NCBI GenBank assembly: GCA_045114745.1
Contig: JBGULD010000011.1
Span: 190-64,189 of the forward strand
Length of the DNA: 64,000 nt
Origin: Bacilli bacterium
GTDB lineage: Bacteria; Bacillota_I; Bacilli_A; RFN20; CAG-826
Direction of reading: 5' to 3'
Shown here: piece by piece, positions 52,228-61,798 of the stretch
Position numbering within the stretch: the stretch's first letter is position 1
Layout: each line of letters opens with the position of its first letter
Notes under the pieces: model-generated
What the model was told of the DNA's origin: nothing
Database searches by the model: none
Seen by the model: the letters and a program-made list of their open reading frames with translations, nothing else
Program-made: the position numbers and the translations under genes

Positions 52228-54324
52228 ATGAAAAAGTTGATATGTTTATTACCCGCATTCTTGTTATGTTTATGTGGGAGCAACTCACTAAGCATCGCTA
52301 AGGCTGATCCAGAGTATTATCAAGACCGGACAAAGTTAGAAGCCGAAGATGTTTTCTCTGGCACAAAAATCAATAATCCTCACGCTTCAAAACAAAAGCT
52401 TATTGATTTAGGTGATTCTAATGAAGTCTCTTTCCATGTCAATATTGAAACAAATACTACTTATGATTTATTAATTGGCTATTTTTCTGGTAGCGCAAAT
52501 CCAAAGATAAAAGTGCAAGTTGATAGTGAATCTCCTCTTTCTCATACATTAGGTTATGACAATGGTTGGGGAGATAATTCCAATAACTATGTCAGCGAAG
52601 AATTAATTGAAGGGTTCACTTTAACCGCAGGTGAACACGATATCAAAATCATCTCCGATAATAGTGGAGATAGCAAATACGTCAATCTCGACTACATCTA
52701 TTTGAATCATTCTAGATTCCAAGCTGATGGTAGCCGTATTCAAGCGGAAGATTGTTATAAATTAGGTCATAGTGTGGAAAAAGAAGGTGGTAACTGTGTT
52801 GATGGCACAACACTTAGTGTTGATGCGGAAGCGGATGCCAAGCCAACATGGAAGATTAATGTTCCAGAAGCTGGTACGTATACTTTCCAAGTCGCGTGTT
52901 TTACTGGTCATGGTGCCACTCCAACATACCGCTTCAACTTCTTGCAAAGTGTAAATACTCCTTATGATTTAGAACTTATCGGTACTGAAGGTGACTGGGA
53001 TAGACATTCTTATTCCTCGAAATCGGAATTTAATATTGATTTAGAAGCTGGTGAACTTGAATTATCTTATCAATATTTAACTCTTGGCTATGCTGATTTT
53101 GATTGGTTTAGATTATTTAAAGTAACACCCACAATCGGGGAAAAGATTCTTGCCGAAGACCACGTCTTTGGTGATGTCAATTTAATGAAATCGCCTAGTA
53201 ATTATCCATTCTTAACCGGACATGCTGCGGAAATTGCTAAAGGTAGAATTGAATTTGATGTCAGTGCTGGCGAAGCGGGTGATTACGATTTATACATCAA
53301 TGGATTTACTGGCACCACAGGTGCATATTTAAAACTAGATTTAAATGGCGATGAATCTAACTTAGTGGTTCCATCATCTTATGCAACTGGCTGGATTGAA
53401 AGTGTTTCCGAAAAGAACCTAATCCCATTTACCGTTTCATTGCAATTAGGAAACAACCATTTCATTATCACCAAAGGTGATGATAGTTTATCCATGAACT
53501 ACATCGATGTCGATTATTTATTAATCACAAGAACCAAGATTGATGAGACTTCTATTCATTTAGATTTTGAAACTCATACATCATTTGATTTAAAAACTAT
53601 TATTCATTTTGTTCCGGAATATACACTTACTCTTTCTGATCCAAGTGTGATTTCCATTTCTTCAAGCAAGATTATTACTCCTTTAAAACATGGTACATGT
53701 ACGATCAGTGTTGATTATCAACTTGATGGCATTGATTTTAATAAGCAAATCCGTGTCGATGTTGATAAACCATCTTATCCAATGCCCGAACAATTAAAAG
53801 GATTTGATACCACAAAAGAATATGATGGCACTGTTCCAAATGTCGATGTCTCTATGCCAGATGGCTGGACATGTCAACAATCCGGTGCTTCCTCAATGGT
53901 GGGCAACTATGTTGTGACATTAACATTCTCCCATACAGATTATCGCGATGTCGTGAAACCAGGTGCAGCGATATTAACAATTACCAAAGGTACATATCGT
54001 GGAAGCGATTTATATGCCGATGATATGAAAGTGGCCTATGATGGTGAACCTCATACCTTAATGGCGTCCGCTCCTGATGGATGGACTATTACTTATAGTA
54101 AGAGTGATTTGATCGAACCAGGAACCTATGACATTGAAGTGACATTCTCTCATCCTGGATATAATCCAGTTGTTAAGACTGCTAAATTAACTATTTATCA
54201 AGCGAAGAAGAACAATACTGGGGCAATAGTTGTCGCAGTAGTGGTTCCTTCTGTCATCGTTATCGGTGTGGCTGCCTTCTTTATCATTAAAAAGATAAAA
54301 GAGAGTCAAGAAGTGATTAAGTAG
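52228..54324 (+). CDS. cell-surface protein with N-terminal signal peptide, several carbohydrate-binding-module-like and Ig-like domains and a C-terminal TM anchor
   Basis: The signal is MKKLICLLPAFLLCLCGS. Repeated ...YVNLDYIYLN / NYIDVDYLLI modules (CBM6/35-like) occur. The C-terminal TM is AIVVAVVVPSVIVIGVAAFFIIKK. Confidence 0.5.
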   Translation: MKKLICLLPAFLLCLCGSNSLSIAKADPEYYQDRTKLEAEDVFSGTKINNPHASKQKLIDLGDSNEVSFHVNIETNTTYDLLIGYFSGSANPKIKVQVDSESPLSHTLGYDNGWGDNSNNYVSEELIEGFTLTAGEHDIKIISDNSGDSKYVNLDYIYLNHSRFQADGSRIQAEDCYKLGHSVEKEGGNCVDGTTLSVDAEADAKPTWKINVPEAGTYTFQVACFTGHGATPTYRFNFLQSVNTPYDLELIGTEGDWDRHSYSSKSEFNIDLEAGELELSYQYLTLGYADFDWFRLFKVTPTIGEKILAEDHVFGDVNLMKSPSNYPFLTGHAAEIAKGRIEFDVSAGEAGDYDLYINGFTGTTGAYLKLDLNGDESNLVVPSSYATGWIESVSEKNLIPFTVSLQLGNNHFIITKGDDSLSMNYIDVDYLLITRTKIDETSIHLDFETHTSFDLKTIIHFVPEYTLTLSDPSVISISSSKIITPLKHGTCTISVDYQLDGIDFNKQIRVDVDKPSYPMPEQLKGFDTTKEYDGTVPNVDVSMPDGWTCQQSGASSMVGNYVVTLTFSHTDYRDVVKPGAAILTITKGTYRGSDLYADDMKVAYDGEPHTLMASAPDGWTITYSKSDLIEPGTYDIEVTFSHPGYNPVVKTAKLTIYQAKKNNTGAIVVAVVVPSVIVIGVAAFFIIKKIKESQEVIK

Positions 54325-54335
54325 GAGGATAGGAT

Positions 54336-55916
54336 ATGGAAAAAGAAGAATTAAAACTATCTAAGAAACAAGAAAAAGAACAAGCAAAGATCTTGGCTAA
54401 AGAAAGGGAACTCCATCATTTAGAGGTCCTTAAAATGGCCAAAGAAGACGCTAAGAAAGAAAAGGTAGCTCCTAAGGATGCTTATATTTCTTTGTGCGAT
54501 GTTAATAAAATCTATCCTAATCACGTTCAAGCTGTTCACCATTTCAATTTAGATATTAAAGAAAAAGAATTTGTTGTATTTGTCGGTCCTTCTGGGTGTG
54601 GTAAATCCACAACAATTAGAATGATCGCGGGTCTAGAAGACATTACTTCCGGTGATTTATTTATCGGTAGTGAATACGCGAATAACTTACCACCAAAAGA
54701 TCGTAAGATTGGTATGGTCTTCCAATCCTATGCTTTATTCCCTCATATGACTGTTTATGAAAATATGGCATTTGGCCTTGAAGTTCTTCATATGAATAAG
54801 GAAGAAATCGATAAAAGAGTGAGATATGCAGGGGATTTATTGCAAATTAGCGAATATTTTGACCGTAAGCCAAACGCTTTATCTGGTGGTCAATGTCAAC
54901 GTGTGGCTTTGGGAAGAGCAATAGTGGCTGATGCAAAAATCTTCTTGATGGACGAACCATTATCTAACTTAGACGCTAAATTAAGAGTGGCGATGCGCAG
55001 TGAAATCGTCAGACTCCATAGAAGTTTAAATACCACGACAATCTATGTTACCCATGACCAGACAGAAGCTATGACTATGGCGGACCGTATTGTCGTTATG
55101 AATAATGGCTATGTGCAACAAATCGGTTCTCCAGCTGAAATCTTTAATGAACCAAAGAATCTTTTTGTGGCGACATTCGTCGGTTCTCCATCTATGAATC
55201 TTCTGAAAGGAAAAGCAATTAAGAATGAATTTGTTTTAGAAGATGGCACCAAATTAGATATGGGTAAAGATTTCTCTGAAAGAATTAAGAAATTCTATGA
55301 GAATGAAATCGCTATCTGCAAACAAAAGAAAGAAGATAATAAAGAGCTTTTCTTAAGAAGACAAAAAGAATCCAAGAGATATCTTAAGATGTTTAAAGGA
55401 GAAGAGATTAATACTAGCGCTGCAAGTAAGTATTTGAAGTGCTTAGATGAAGAAAGTTTAAAACTCATCGGTGTTGATAAGAGCGCGGCCATTGAAGAAA
55501 TTCTTTCTATGAAAGAAAAGAATCAATTTATTGAGAAGGTTGATGCTTTATTAAAAGAATATCTCTATGCCTATCATAGTCTCCATAATCCAGAAATTAT
55601 GAAAGATGTTGATGTCTTAAATAGATTAGAAAAAGTCTTATCTCAAGATGAGATTGAACTCATTTTAGGCATCCGTCCAGAGCATATTAAATTAGGTGAA
55701 AAGAGTAAAGAAAGCATCTCCTTAAAGATTGGTGTTGCGGAATTATTAGGCAGTGAATACTTTATCCATCTTCCATATATGGACAAGGATTTAGTGGCTA
55801 AGGTTACCGCGGATAAAGAAATCAAAGAAGGCGAATCTATCGATGTTAGTTTTGATAAGAAACGCATTCACTTATTTGATCCAATTGGAGAGAATCGTCT
55901 TTCTAGCAAGGAGTAA
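54336..55916 (+). CDS. sugar ABC transporter ATP-binding protein (MalK/MsmK/UgpC family) with N-terminal extension and a ~120-aa insertion in the C-terminal domain
   Basis: Walker A GPSGCGKST, Q-loop, signature LSGGQCQRV, Walker B LMDEPLSNLD, and a MalK-type TOBE C-domain interrupted by a K/E-rich insert. A strong AGGAGG lies 7 nt upstream. Confidence 0.8.
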   Translation: MEKEELKLSKKQEKEQAKILAKERELHHLEVLKMAKEDAKKEKVAPKDAYISLCDVNKIYPNHVQAVHHFNLDIKEKEFVVFVGPSGCGKSTTIRMIAGLEDITSGDLFIGSEYANNLPPKDRKIGMVFQSYALFPHMTVYENMAFGLEVLHMNKEEIDKRVRYAGDLLQISEYFDRKPNALSGGQCQRVALGRAIVADAKIFLMDEPLSNLDAKLRVAMRSEIVRLHRSLNTTTIYVTHDQTEAMTMADRIVVMNNGYVQQIGSPAEIFNEPKNLFVATFVGSPSMNLLKGKAIKNEFVLEDGTKLDMGKDFSERIKKFYENEIAICKQKKEDNKELFLRRQKESKRYLKMFKGEEINTSAASKYLKCLDEESLKLIGVDKSAAIEEILSMKEKNQFIEKVDALLKEYLYAYHSLHNPEIMKDVDVLNRLEKVLSQDEIELILGIRPEHIKLGEKSKESISLKIGVAELLGSEYFIHLPYMDKDLVAKVTADKEIKEGESIDVSFDKKRIHLFDPIGENRLSSKE

Positions 55917-55918
55917 TT

Positions 55919-57541
55919 ATGCAACTACAAGATTTAAGTTTTAAATTACCAACCGACCACATCTCATTAGATGATGGAGTCACCCTTTCCGTTGAAGTTT
56001 TTTCCTTCCATAACCTTTATTACCCAAAGGATCATTCCTATCAAAAAGAAGGAAATAAGTATGTTTCTAAACAAGTAATTTGGGGTGGAAGTGAACCCAC
56101 CAAAGAAGGTTTCGTCTCTCTTGAAGTGAATGAAAATGATGGTGTCTATTCTTTTGATTTAGAGGCCAAATTAGATGAAAAAGTCCGCGAAACTAAGCTA
56201 AAATTCGAAAATTTGCCACTTGGTAACTTAATTTCTGCGATTAACGGAGAGCATGTTACTAACGAAAGAGGAGAGGTGTTATTCTATCCAGAAGCCTGGA
56301 GGGGAATCGTCACTCCTTTATTAGTTTTTAAGATTAGTGAAAACCGTTATTTATATTTCCGCAGTCTCGATTACAAAGTCAGACAAAAGAGATTCTTCAT
56401 CAAAAAGACAAGTGAAAACACGATGATGGTGGAACTTCTTTTTGAAGAAAGTGGCAAGGACATGACTAATTCCGTCAAAGTTCCAACATGGGAATATGGA
56501 TATGTATCTAATAAAGAGGATATATATAAGAAACATCTCTCATTCTTAGAAAAGATATATCACTATGAAAGATATGAAGATAGGAAAGATGTTCCTAATT
56601 GGTTTAGAGATGTCTCCTTGATTGTTATTTGCCACATGCAACATTGGACTGGACATATTTTCCATACTTATCAAGAAGCATTAAATGACTTCAAAGAATT
56701 AGCGAAATATATTGATCCAAAGAGAATTCTCTTCTATATCCCAGGTTGGGAAGGTAGATATTATTACAAATATGGTAACTTCACCGCGGATGAAAGAATG
56801 GGTGGAGAAAGAGAATTAAAGAAGTTCGTTGATGGTGTTCATGAATTAGGTGGACACGTCTTAAGCATGGTTAGTCTAACCATCGCTAATAAAGAATTAC
56901 CAGATTATGAGAAGTGGGGCAAAGATAGTGAATTTGTCATTTGTAGTGGTTCCTCATTCAAACACGGTTCCGTGGACTGGGATGGATCTAGGCATTATGA
57001 TCATAACACAAATGCACAATTAAACCCCGCCGCACCAGGCTGGCAAAAGAAAATTATTGAAGAGATTTCTCGTAGCACTTTGGATTATGGCTTTGATGGC
57101 ATCTTTTTGGACATCTCAGCGTGTTATCATAACGACTTAAGGTATGAAATCGCCAAAGGTGTTTTTGATGTCTGTAATGCCTTAAATAAGAAATTTAAAG
57201 ATTTCTTAATCGCTGGTGAATGTCTATACGATGGAATTATGATGGCCATGCCTTTATATCAATGTGGTCACACTGATGGTTTGATGCATTATCACGATTC
57301 TACTTATGAGGATATGTTTAGTAATTATGCTCGAGAATTTGCCCATCTTTGTTTAGGTGATTTCTCTCGTGGTAGTACTGGTACTCATGAGCTAGGCACC
57401 AATAGCACTGATGTAAAAGCGCCATATCGTCGCGGAATTATTCCGACACTGTGTTTAGTAAAAGAAACAATTAAGGATTCCTTACCAGAAGTTAAAGAAG
57501 TTATTGAGGACGCGAAAAGATACGCGAAAGAATATTTGTAA
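55919..57541 (+). CDS. hypothetical protein, putative TIM-barrel glycoside hydrolase-like
   Basis: The ORF is 540 aa and sits last in the sugar-utilisation operon. GFDGIFLDISACYHND resembles (beta/alpha)8 glycosidase active-site strands. No family could be assigned from sequence alone. Confidence 0.35.
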   Translation: MQLQDLSFKLPTDHISLDDGVTLSVEVFSFHNLYYPKDHSYQKEGNKYVSKQVIWGGSEPTKEGFVSLEVNENDGVYSFDLEAKLDEKVRETKLKFENLPLGNLISAINGEHVTNERGEVLFYPEAWRGIVTPLLVFKISENRYLYFRSLDYKVRQKRFFIKKTSENTMMVELLFEESGKDMTNSVKVPTWEYGYVSNKEDIYKKHLSFLEKIYHYERYEDRKDVPNWFRDVSLIVICHMQHWTGHIFHTYQEALNDFKELAKYIDPKRILFYIPGWEGRYYYKYGNFTADERMGGERELKKFVDGVHELGGHVLSMVSLTIANKELPDYEKWGKDSEFVICSGSSFKHGSVDWDGSRHYDHNTNAQLNPAAPGWQKKIIEEISRSTLDYGFDGIFLDISACYHNDLRYEIAKGVFDVCNALNKKFKDFLIAGECLYDGIMMAMPLYQCGHTDGLMHYHDSTYEDMFSNYAREFAHLCLGDFSRGSTGTHELGTNSTDVKAPYRRGIIPTLCLVKETIKDSLPEVKEVIEDAKRYAKEYL

Positions 57542-57607
57542 AAGTCTTCCCGCAAGGAAGATTTTTTCTTTAATTCAAATAAAGATAGATTTTATAATTA
57601 TAAATAC

Positions 57608-58522
57608 ATGAAAAAGATTAGTAAGAAAACCATTGATGCTCTCGTTTATATTGGTTCAAGTCTTATTATTGTCCTTGTTTTAGTCTTTGCCTTATTTGCC
57701 CTAAGTGATGCGACAAATGAAGGAGGATATTTAAGACCTTTATTAGCAGCAACTTTCATTTGCTTATCTTTATCAAGACTTCCTCTTGCGGTTAACGCGA
57801 TTAAAAACAATCCAAGCAAGATAGTGATGTGGAAGAACTTTGCTTTTTCATTTGTCTATCTCGTCTGTGGAATCATTATTATTTTTTCACCCACTAATTA
57901 TGCTTTGTATGGTGTAATAAGCGGCATTTATTTATTTACTATCGTGGCTAATCGAGTCTGTTCTTGCATCCAAAAGCCGCATGCTTTAAATATTGTTATC
58001 AATGCATTCTTGGCCACATTATTTTTCCTTCTCGGCTTAGTATTCATGACTTCCAAAGAAACATTCAATGTCTTCGTTGTTGCTTCTTTAGTGGTTATCA
58101 TGTTCACTTCTATCTTTGATATCTTAAGCTTTGCTTTCTCACAAATTCGCTTAAAAGGTCTTATCAAGATTGTGCAAAAGACATATGTCTTACAAATCCT
58201 TTATGGCTTATTAATTATGGTTCTTTCCTTCTCTGTTTATTTCATGATCATGGAAGAAGGAATTACTAATTATGGTGATGCTTTGTGGTATTCGTTCGCC
58301 ATTATTACCACAATCGGATTTGGTGATGTCGTAGTTACCGACACTATCGGTCGTATCCTTTCTGTCATTCTCGGTTGTTATGGCATTATTGTTGTCGCTG
58401 CAATTACCAGTGTCATTGTTAATTACTATAACGAAACAAAAAATGATGAAAAGAATGAATCCGAAAAAGAAATAGAAGAAAATAAACAGCCGGAAGAGGT
58501 TGACAAAAAAGAAGAAAAATAA
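57608..58522 (+). CDS. potassium channel-family membrane protein (ion_trans_2-like) with Lys/Glu-rich C-terminal tail
   Basis: Six hydrophobic segments and the selectivity-filter-like sequence ITTIGFGDVVVTD (T-x-G-F-G-D). The terminator CCACTGCATAGCAGTGG+T6 follows at 58530-58553. Confidence 0.55.
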   Translation: MKKISKKTIDALVYIGSSLIIVLVLVFALFALSDATNEGGYLRPLLAATFICLSLSRLPLAVNAIKNNPSKIVMWKNFAFSFVYLVCGIIIIFSPTNYALYGVISGIYLFTIVANRVCSCIQKPHALNIVINAFLATLFFLLGLVFMTSKETFNVFVVASLVVIMFTSIFDILSFAFSQIRLKGLIKIVQKTYVLQILYGLLIMVLSFSVYFMIMEEGITNYGDALWYSFAIITTIGFGDVVVTDTIGRILSVILGCYGIIVVAAITSVIVNYYNETKNDEKNESEKEIEENKQPEEVDKKEEK

Positions 58523-58550
58523 GAAAACCACTGCATAGCAGTGGTCTTTT

Positions 58551-60197
58551 TTATCCGTTAAATGATGATTTCAAAGGACATGTTCTATTAAATACGAGAT
58601 GTTCCTTTGTGGATTCTTTATCGGTACAGAAGTAACCGGTTCTGATGAATTGGAATCTTTCTAATGGTTTTGTATCTTTTAAGGATTCTTCAACATATCC
58701 TTCTAATTTAATCCAGGAATTAGGATTTAATCTTTGTAAGAAGTCCAAACCTTTTGTTTCTTCGGTTTCATCAAACACTAATGGTTCGTATAAATTGAAG
58801 GTCGCTGGTAAAGCAGTAGTGGCTTCGACGTAGTGAATTGTGCCATTTGGTTTTCTTCCTTCAAAACCAATTCCCGATTTGGTTTCTGGATCATAGGTGC
58901 AATGTAATTCGATAATCTTGCCATTTTCATCTTTCTTGACGCTTTCGCATTTGATGAAATAGGCATGCATCAATCTCACCTCATCACCTAAAGATAATCT
59001 CTTCCATTTTCGATTTGGTTTTTCTTCGATGAAGTCTTCTTCTTCAATATAGAGATATTTGCCAAAGGCAATTTGTCGATTTCCTAGTGCTTCATTTTCC
59101 ATATTGTTAGGAGCGTCGCAATATTCAATCTTGCCTTCTGGATAGTTATCGATAACCACTTTTAAGGGGTGGAGAATTGCCATTGGGCGTTTAGCGATTA
59201 GCTTTTGCTCTTCTCTTAAGAAATAATCTAAGTTATCCGCATTAGTAGTGGAGTTAATTCTTGATAATCCAGTGTAGAGAATAAAGCTCTTAATGCTTTC
59301 CGCAGTGAAACCTTTTCTCTTTAATCCCACCAAAGTGGGCATTCTGGGATCGTCGTAACCGGTGACATATCCACCTTCCACTAATTGACGGAGATATCTT
59401 TTACTCATCACGGTGTTGGTGATATTTAATCTTCCCCATTCATATTGATGTGGAACATGCTCCATTTCACATTTTTCAATAAACCAATCATATAAGACAC
59501 GATGGTTATCATATTCTAATGAACAAAGTGAATGCGTCACTCCTTCAAAGGCATCTTGAAGTGGGTGAGCAAAGTCATACATTGGATAGATGCACCATTT
59601 ATTCCCTTGGCGGTGGTGGGTAACATGTAATATACGATACATAACAGGGTCACGCATATTGATGTTTGGAGAAGACATATCAATCTTCGCTCTTAAGGTT
59701 TTTTCACCATTCGCGTATTTACCTGCGCGCATTTCCTCAAATAATTTAAGGTTTTCTTCGATACTTCTATTGCGCCAAGGAGATTCTTTTCCTGGTTCAG
59801 TTAAAGTGCCACGGTATTCCGTCATCTCTTCTGGAGATAAATCATCAACATAAGCGAGTCCTTTTTTAATTAATAAAATAGCTTTCTCATAAGTCTTTTC
59901 GAAATAGTCGCTTCCAAAGAAGACATTTTTTGGTGTATAACCTAACCATTTTAAGTCGTCAATGATAGCGTCGACATATTCCGCACCTTCATTGACTGGG
60001 TTAGTGTCATCAAATCTTAAATTAGTGTAACCACCGAAAGCTTTTGCGAGTTCGAAGTCATTAACAATGGCTCTAGCATGGCCGATATGTAAATAGGCAT
60101 TTGGTTCAGGAGGAAAACGAGTGACGATTTGTTTAACACGCCCCTCTTCTAGATCCTTTTCCATAATTGTTTTGATAAAATTGTTAATTTCTTCCAT
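58551..60197 (-). CDS. glnS: glutamine--tRNA ligase
   Basis: Collinear with E. coli GlnRS: the HIGH motif (RFPPEPNAYLHIGHARA), LRFDDTNP, NKWCIYPMYDF, the VMSKR (KMSKS-type) motif and the C-terminal anticodon-binding beta-barrels. Confidence 0.9.
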   Translation of the reverse strand: MEEINNFIKTIMEKDLEEGRVKQIVTRFPPEPNAYLHIGHARAIVNDFELAKAFGGYTNLRFDDTNPVNEGAEYVDAIIDDLKWLGYTPKNVFFGSDYFEKTYEKAILLIKKGLAYVDDLSPEEMTEYRGTLTEPGKESPWRNRSIEENLKLFEEMRAGKYANGEKTLRAKIDMSSPNINMRDPVMYRILHVTHHRQGNKWCIYPMYDFAHPLQDAFEGVTHSLCSLEYDNHRVLYDWFIEKCEMEHVPHQYEWGRLNITNTVMSKRYLRQLVEGGYVTGYDDPRMPTLVGLKRKGFTAESIKSFILYTGLSRINSTTNADNLDYFLREEQKLIAKRPMAILHPLKVVIDNYPEGKIEYCDAPNNMENEALGNRQIAFGKYLYIEEEDFIEEKPNRKWKRLSLGDEVRLMHAYFIKCESVKKDENGKIIELHCTYDPETKSGIGFEGRKPNGTIHYVEATTALPATFNLYEPLVFDETEETKGLDFLQRLNPNSWIKLEGYVEESLKDTKPLERFQFIRTGYFCTDKESTKEHLVFNRTCPLKSSFNG

Positions 60198-60621
60198 AAG
60201 AACGCCCTCGGAGATATTTTACACTAGTAAAAGCATTGCTCAACAAAAATATTAATTGTTCAAATGAAAAATAATGGTGATGACCAAGTCAAAAAATGAA
60301 CTTTCTTGATCAATTTCAAAGATAAGTTTTTATTATTTTTAAGAGGAAATAATTAATATCAAAAGAACATTTTTAAGTAGTAGTGGGCCTTAATAAAACA
60401 ATAAAAAATAAGAAAAAATGAAAAATATACTATGTATCTTAGAAAATTGTTGACCAAAAAATAATTTTGGAAATAAAATAATTGTGCAGAACAAAAGCGA
60501 TAAAGGAAGTCCCATCCTTATTGGCGACAGGTGATGCAAAAATATAACTATCATCCATTCAATTTTAAATAACGAAAAAGTTGAATGATTTTTGTCGTTT
60601 ATAAGGAGAAATAAGAATTTT

Positions 60622-61551
60622 ATGAAAAAATCAAGAGTTATTATTCCTGCACTTGGTATTTTGGTTCTCTCTACCGCTGCTTCTGTTACAGGCACAGTCG
60701 CTTGGTTCACTGCTAATACAAAATATAACACCACAGTTGGTGACTTCGCAGTCGTGAAAACAAACGATGACCTAGTCTGTATCCAAGCTGCTGGCGTTGG
60801 TACCAATGTTAGCGCTGCTGATACACCAAACAACACCATTACAGTTAAATCTAATTATGAATTAACAGATGGTTCATTCGATCACACCGAAAACAATATC
60901 ATTGCACCAGATAGTTCAGGTCAAACAGTTGGTTCCGTTACCGCTTTAGGTAGCGCGAATGAAACAAATATGAAACGTGCTACATACATGGTCAGCACAA
61001 CCGAACACACCGTCTATACAGCCTTTACATGGACTATGACATTCAAAGTCAAATTCGGTGGTGTTAATAGAAACTATGGTTTATATATGGACCATACCGC
61101 TGATCACTCAGCAGTCACAAAGAAAAATGGCGATGCCATCGCTGCTACAGATACAGCCAAAGGCTTCAGATTAGCATTAGTTGGCCAAACCGCTACTTAT
61201 AGTAATACCAGAGTTTGGGCTGATAACCAAACATCTGCAAACTGCCAATTCGTTGATGGTTTAGCAGTTGGTGCTACCTTAGCAGGTACAGCTTATGCTT
61301 CACCTATCTTAATCGATAGCGCATACAATACCGCTTTACCAACAGCTGGTTCACCAGAATCAACAAGTACTGCTTCTGCTCGTCCAGACTACTTAGGTAA
61401 ATTCGTCTTCCAAGCCAATACAGAAGTTTCCTTGGTTTATAAAGCTGTTGCTTGGTTCGAAGGTACAGATCCAACCATCGTTAATACTGCTACAGTCTTC
61501 GATACAGTGACCGCTGCAATGCACTTTGAAGCGATTCCATTATCTGACTAA
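60622..61551 (+). CDS. secreted protein, TasA/camelysin-like (SipW-cognate-type signal peptide), paralog 1 of 4
   Basis: ATG at 60622 gives MKKSRVIIPALGILVLSTAASVTGTVAWFTANT, an n-region and h-region followed by a G-T-x-A-W-F motif (compare TasA GGGTWAAFND and camelysin GGGTFAYFSD). The body is Thr/Ala-rich and beta-rich. A W-F-E-G-x-D motif near the C-terminus is shared with paralogs 2-3. Confidence 0.5.
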   Translation: MKKSRVIIPALGILVLSTAASVTGTVAWFTANTKYNTTVGDFAVVKTNDDLVCIQAAGVGTNVSAADTPNNTITVKSNYELTDGSFDHTENNIIAPDSSGQTVGSVTALGSANETNMKRATYMVSTTEHTVYTAFTWTMTFKVKFGGVNRNYGLYMDHTADHSAVTKKNGDAIAATDTAKGFRLALVGQTATYSNTRVWADNQTSANCQFVDGLAVGATLAGTAYASPILIDSAYNTALPTAGSPESTSTASARPDYLGKFVFQANTEVSLVYKAVAWFEGTDPTIVNTATVFDTVTAAMHFEAIPLSD

Positions 61552-61571
61552 TATTAACTAAAGATGATTAA

Positions 61572-61605
61572 ATCCTCGCCTACTCGCGGGGATTTTTTAT
61601 TTTTC
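61572..61605 (+). terminator. rho-independent terminator after paralog 1
   Basis: ATCCTCGC-ctactc-GCGGGGAT is an 8-bp stem (one G-U pair) followed by T6AT5. Confidence 0.7.
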
Positions 61606-61626
61606 GAAAAAATTTTTCAAAAAGTA

Positions 61627-61656
61627 TTGCCACTTGTTAGTAAATGTGATAATTTG
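61627..61656 (+). promoter_or_regulatory. candidate sigma-A promoter for the riboswitch-led transcript
   Basis: TTGCCA (-35), a 17-nt spacer, then an extended -10 TGaTAATTT. The predicted start site is near 61663. Confidence 0.35.
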
Positions 61657-61662
61657 TATTCG

Positions 61663-61798
61663 AGCAAAAAGCACACCCATAGAAATATGGGGTCGCAAAA
61701 CTACAGGGTCTTATATAAAATAAGATAGCCAGTTGCCTTAAGAGGAACAATCCTCGCCAATGTATTGGATGATAGGCAACTGGCGTTTTTGTTTCTCT
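61663..61798 (+). ncRNA. candidate c-di-GMP-I (GEMM) riboswitch with intrinsic-terminator expression platform
   Basis: GCAAAAAGCACACC-CAUA-GAAA-UAUGGGG-UCGCAAAAC-UACAGGG parallels the Vc2 aptamer core GGGCAAACC-AUUC-GAAA-GAGUGGG-ACGCAAAGCC-UCCGG (a GNRA-capped hairpin followed by the (A/U)CGCAAA(G/A)C junction). A second hairpin UCUUAU-auaaa-AUAAGA follows. The 3' strand UAGCCAGUUGCC then pairs with GGCAACUGGC (61775-61784), giving a 10-bp terminator stem followed by U5GU3. Confidence 0.5.

Noticed and set aside
60390-60839. 149-aa minus-strand ORF upstream of and overlapping paralog 1
   Set aside because: It overlaps the AT-rich glnS/paralog-1 intergenic promoter region and the 5' end of a well-supported plus-strand gene. 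The product is low-complexity hydrophobic and there is no SD.
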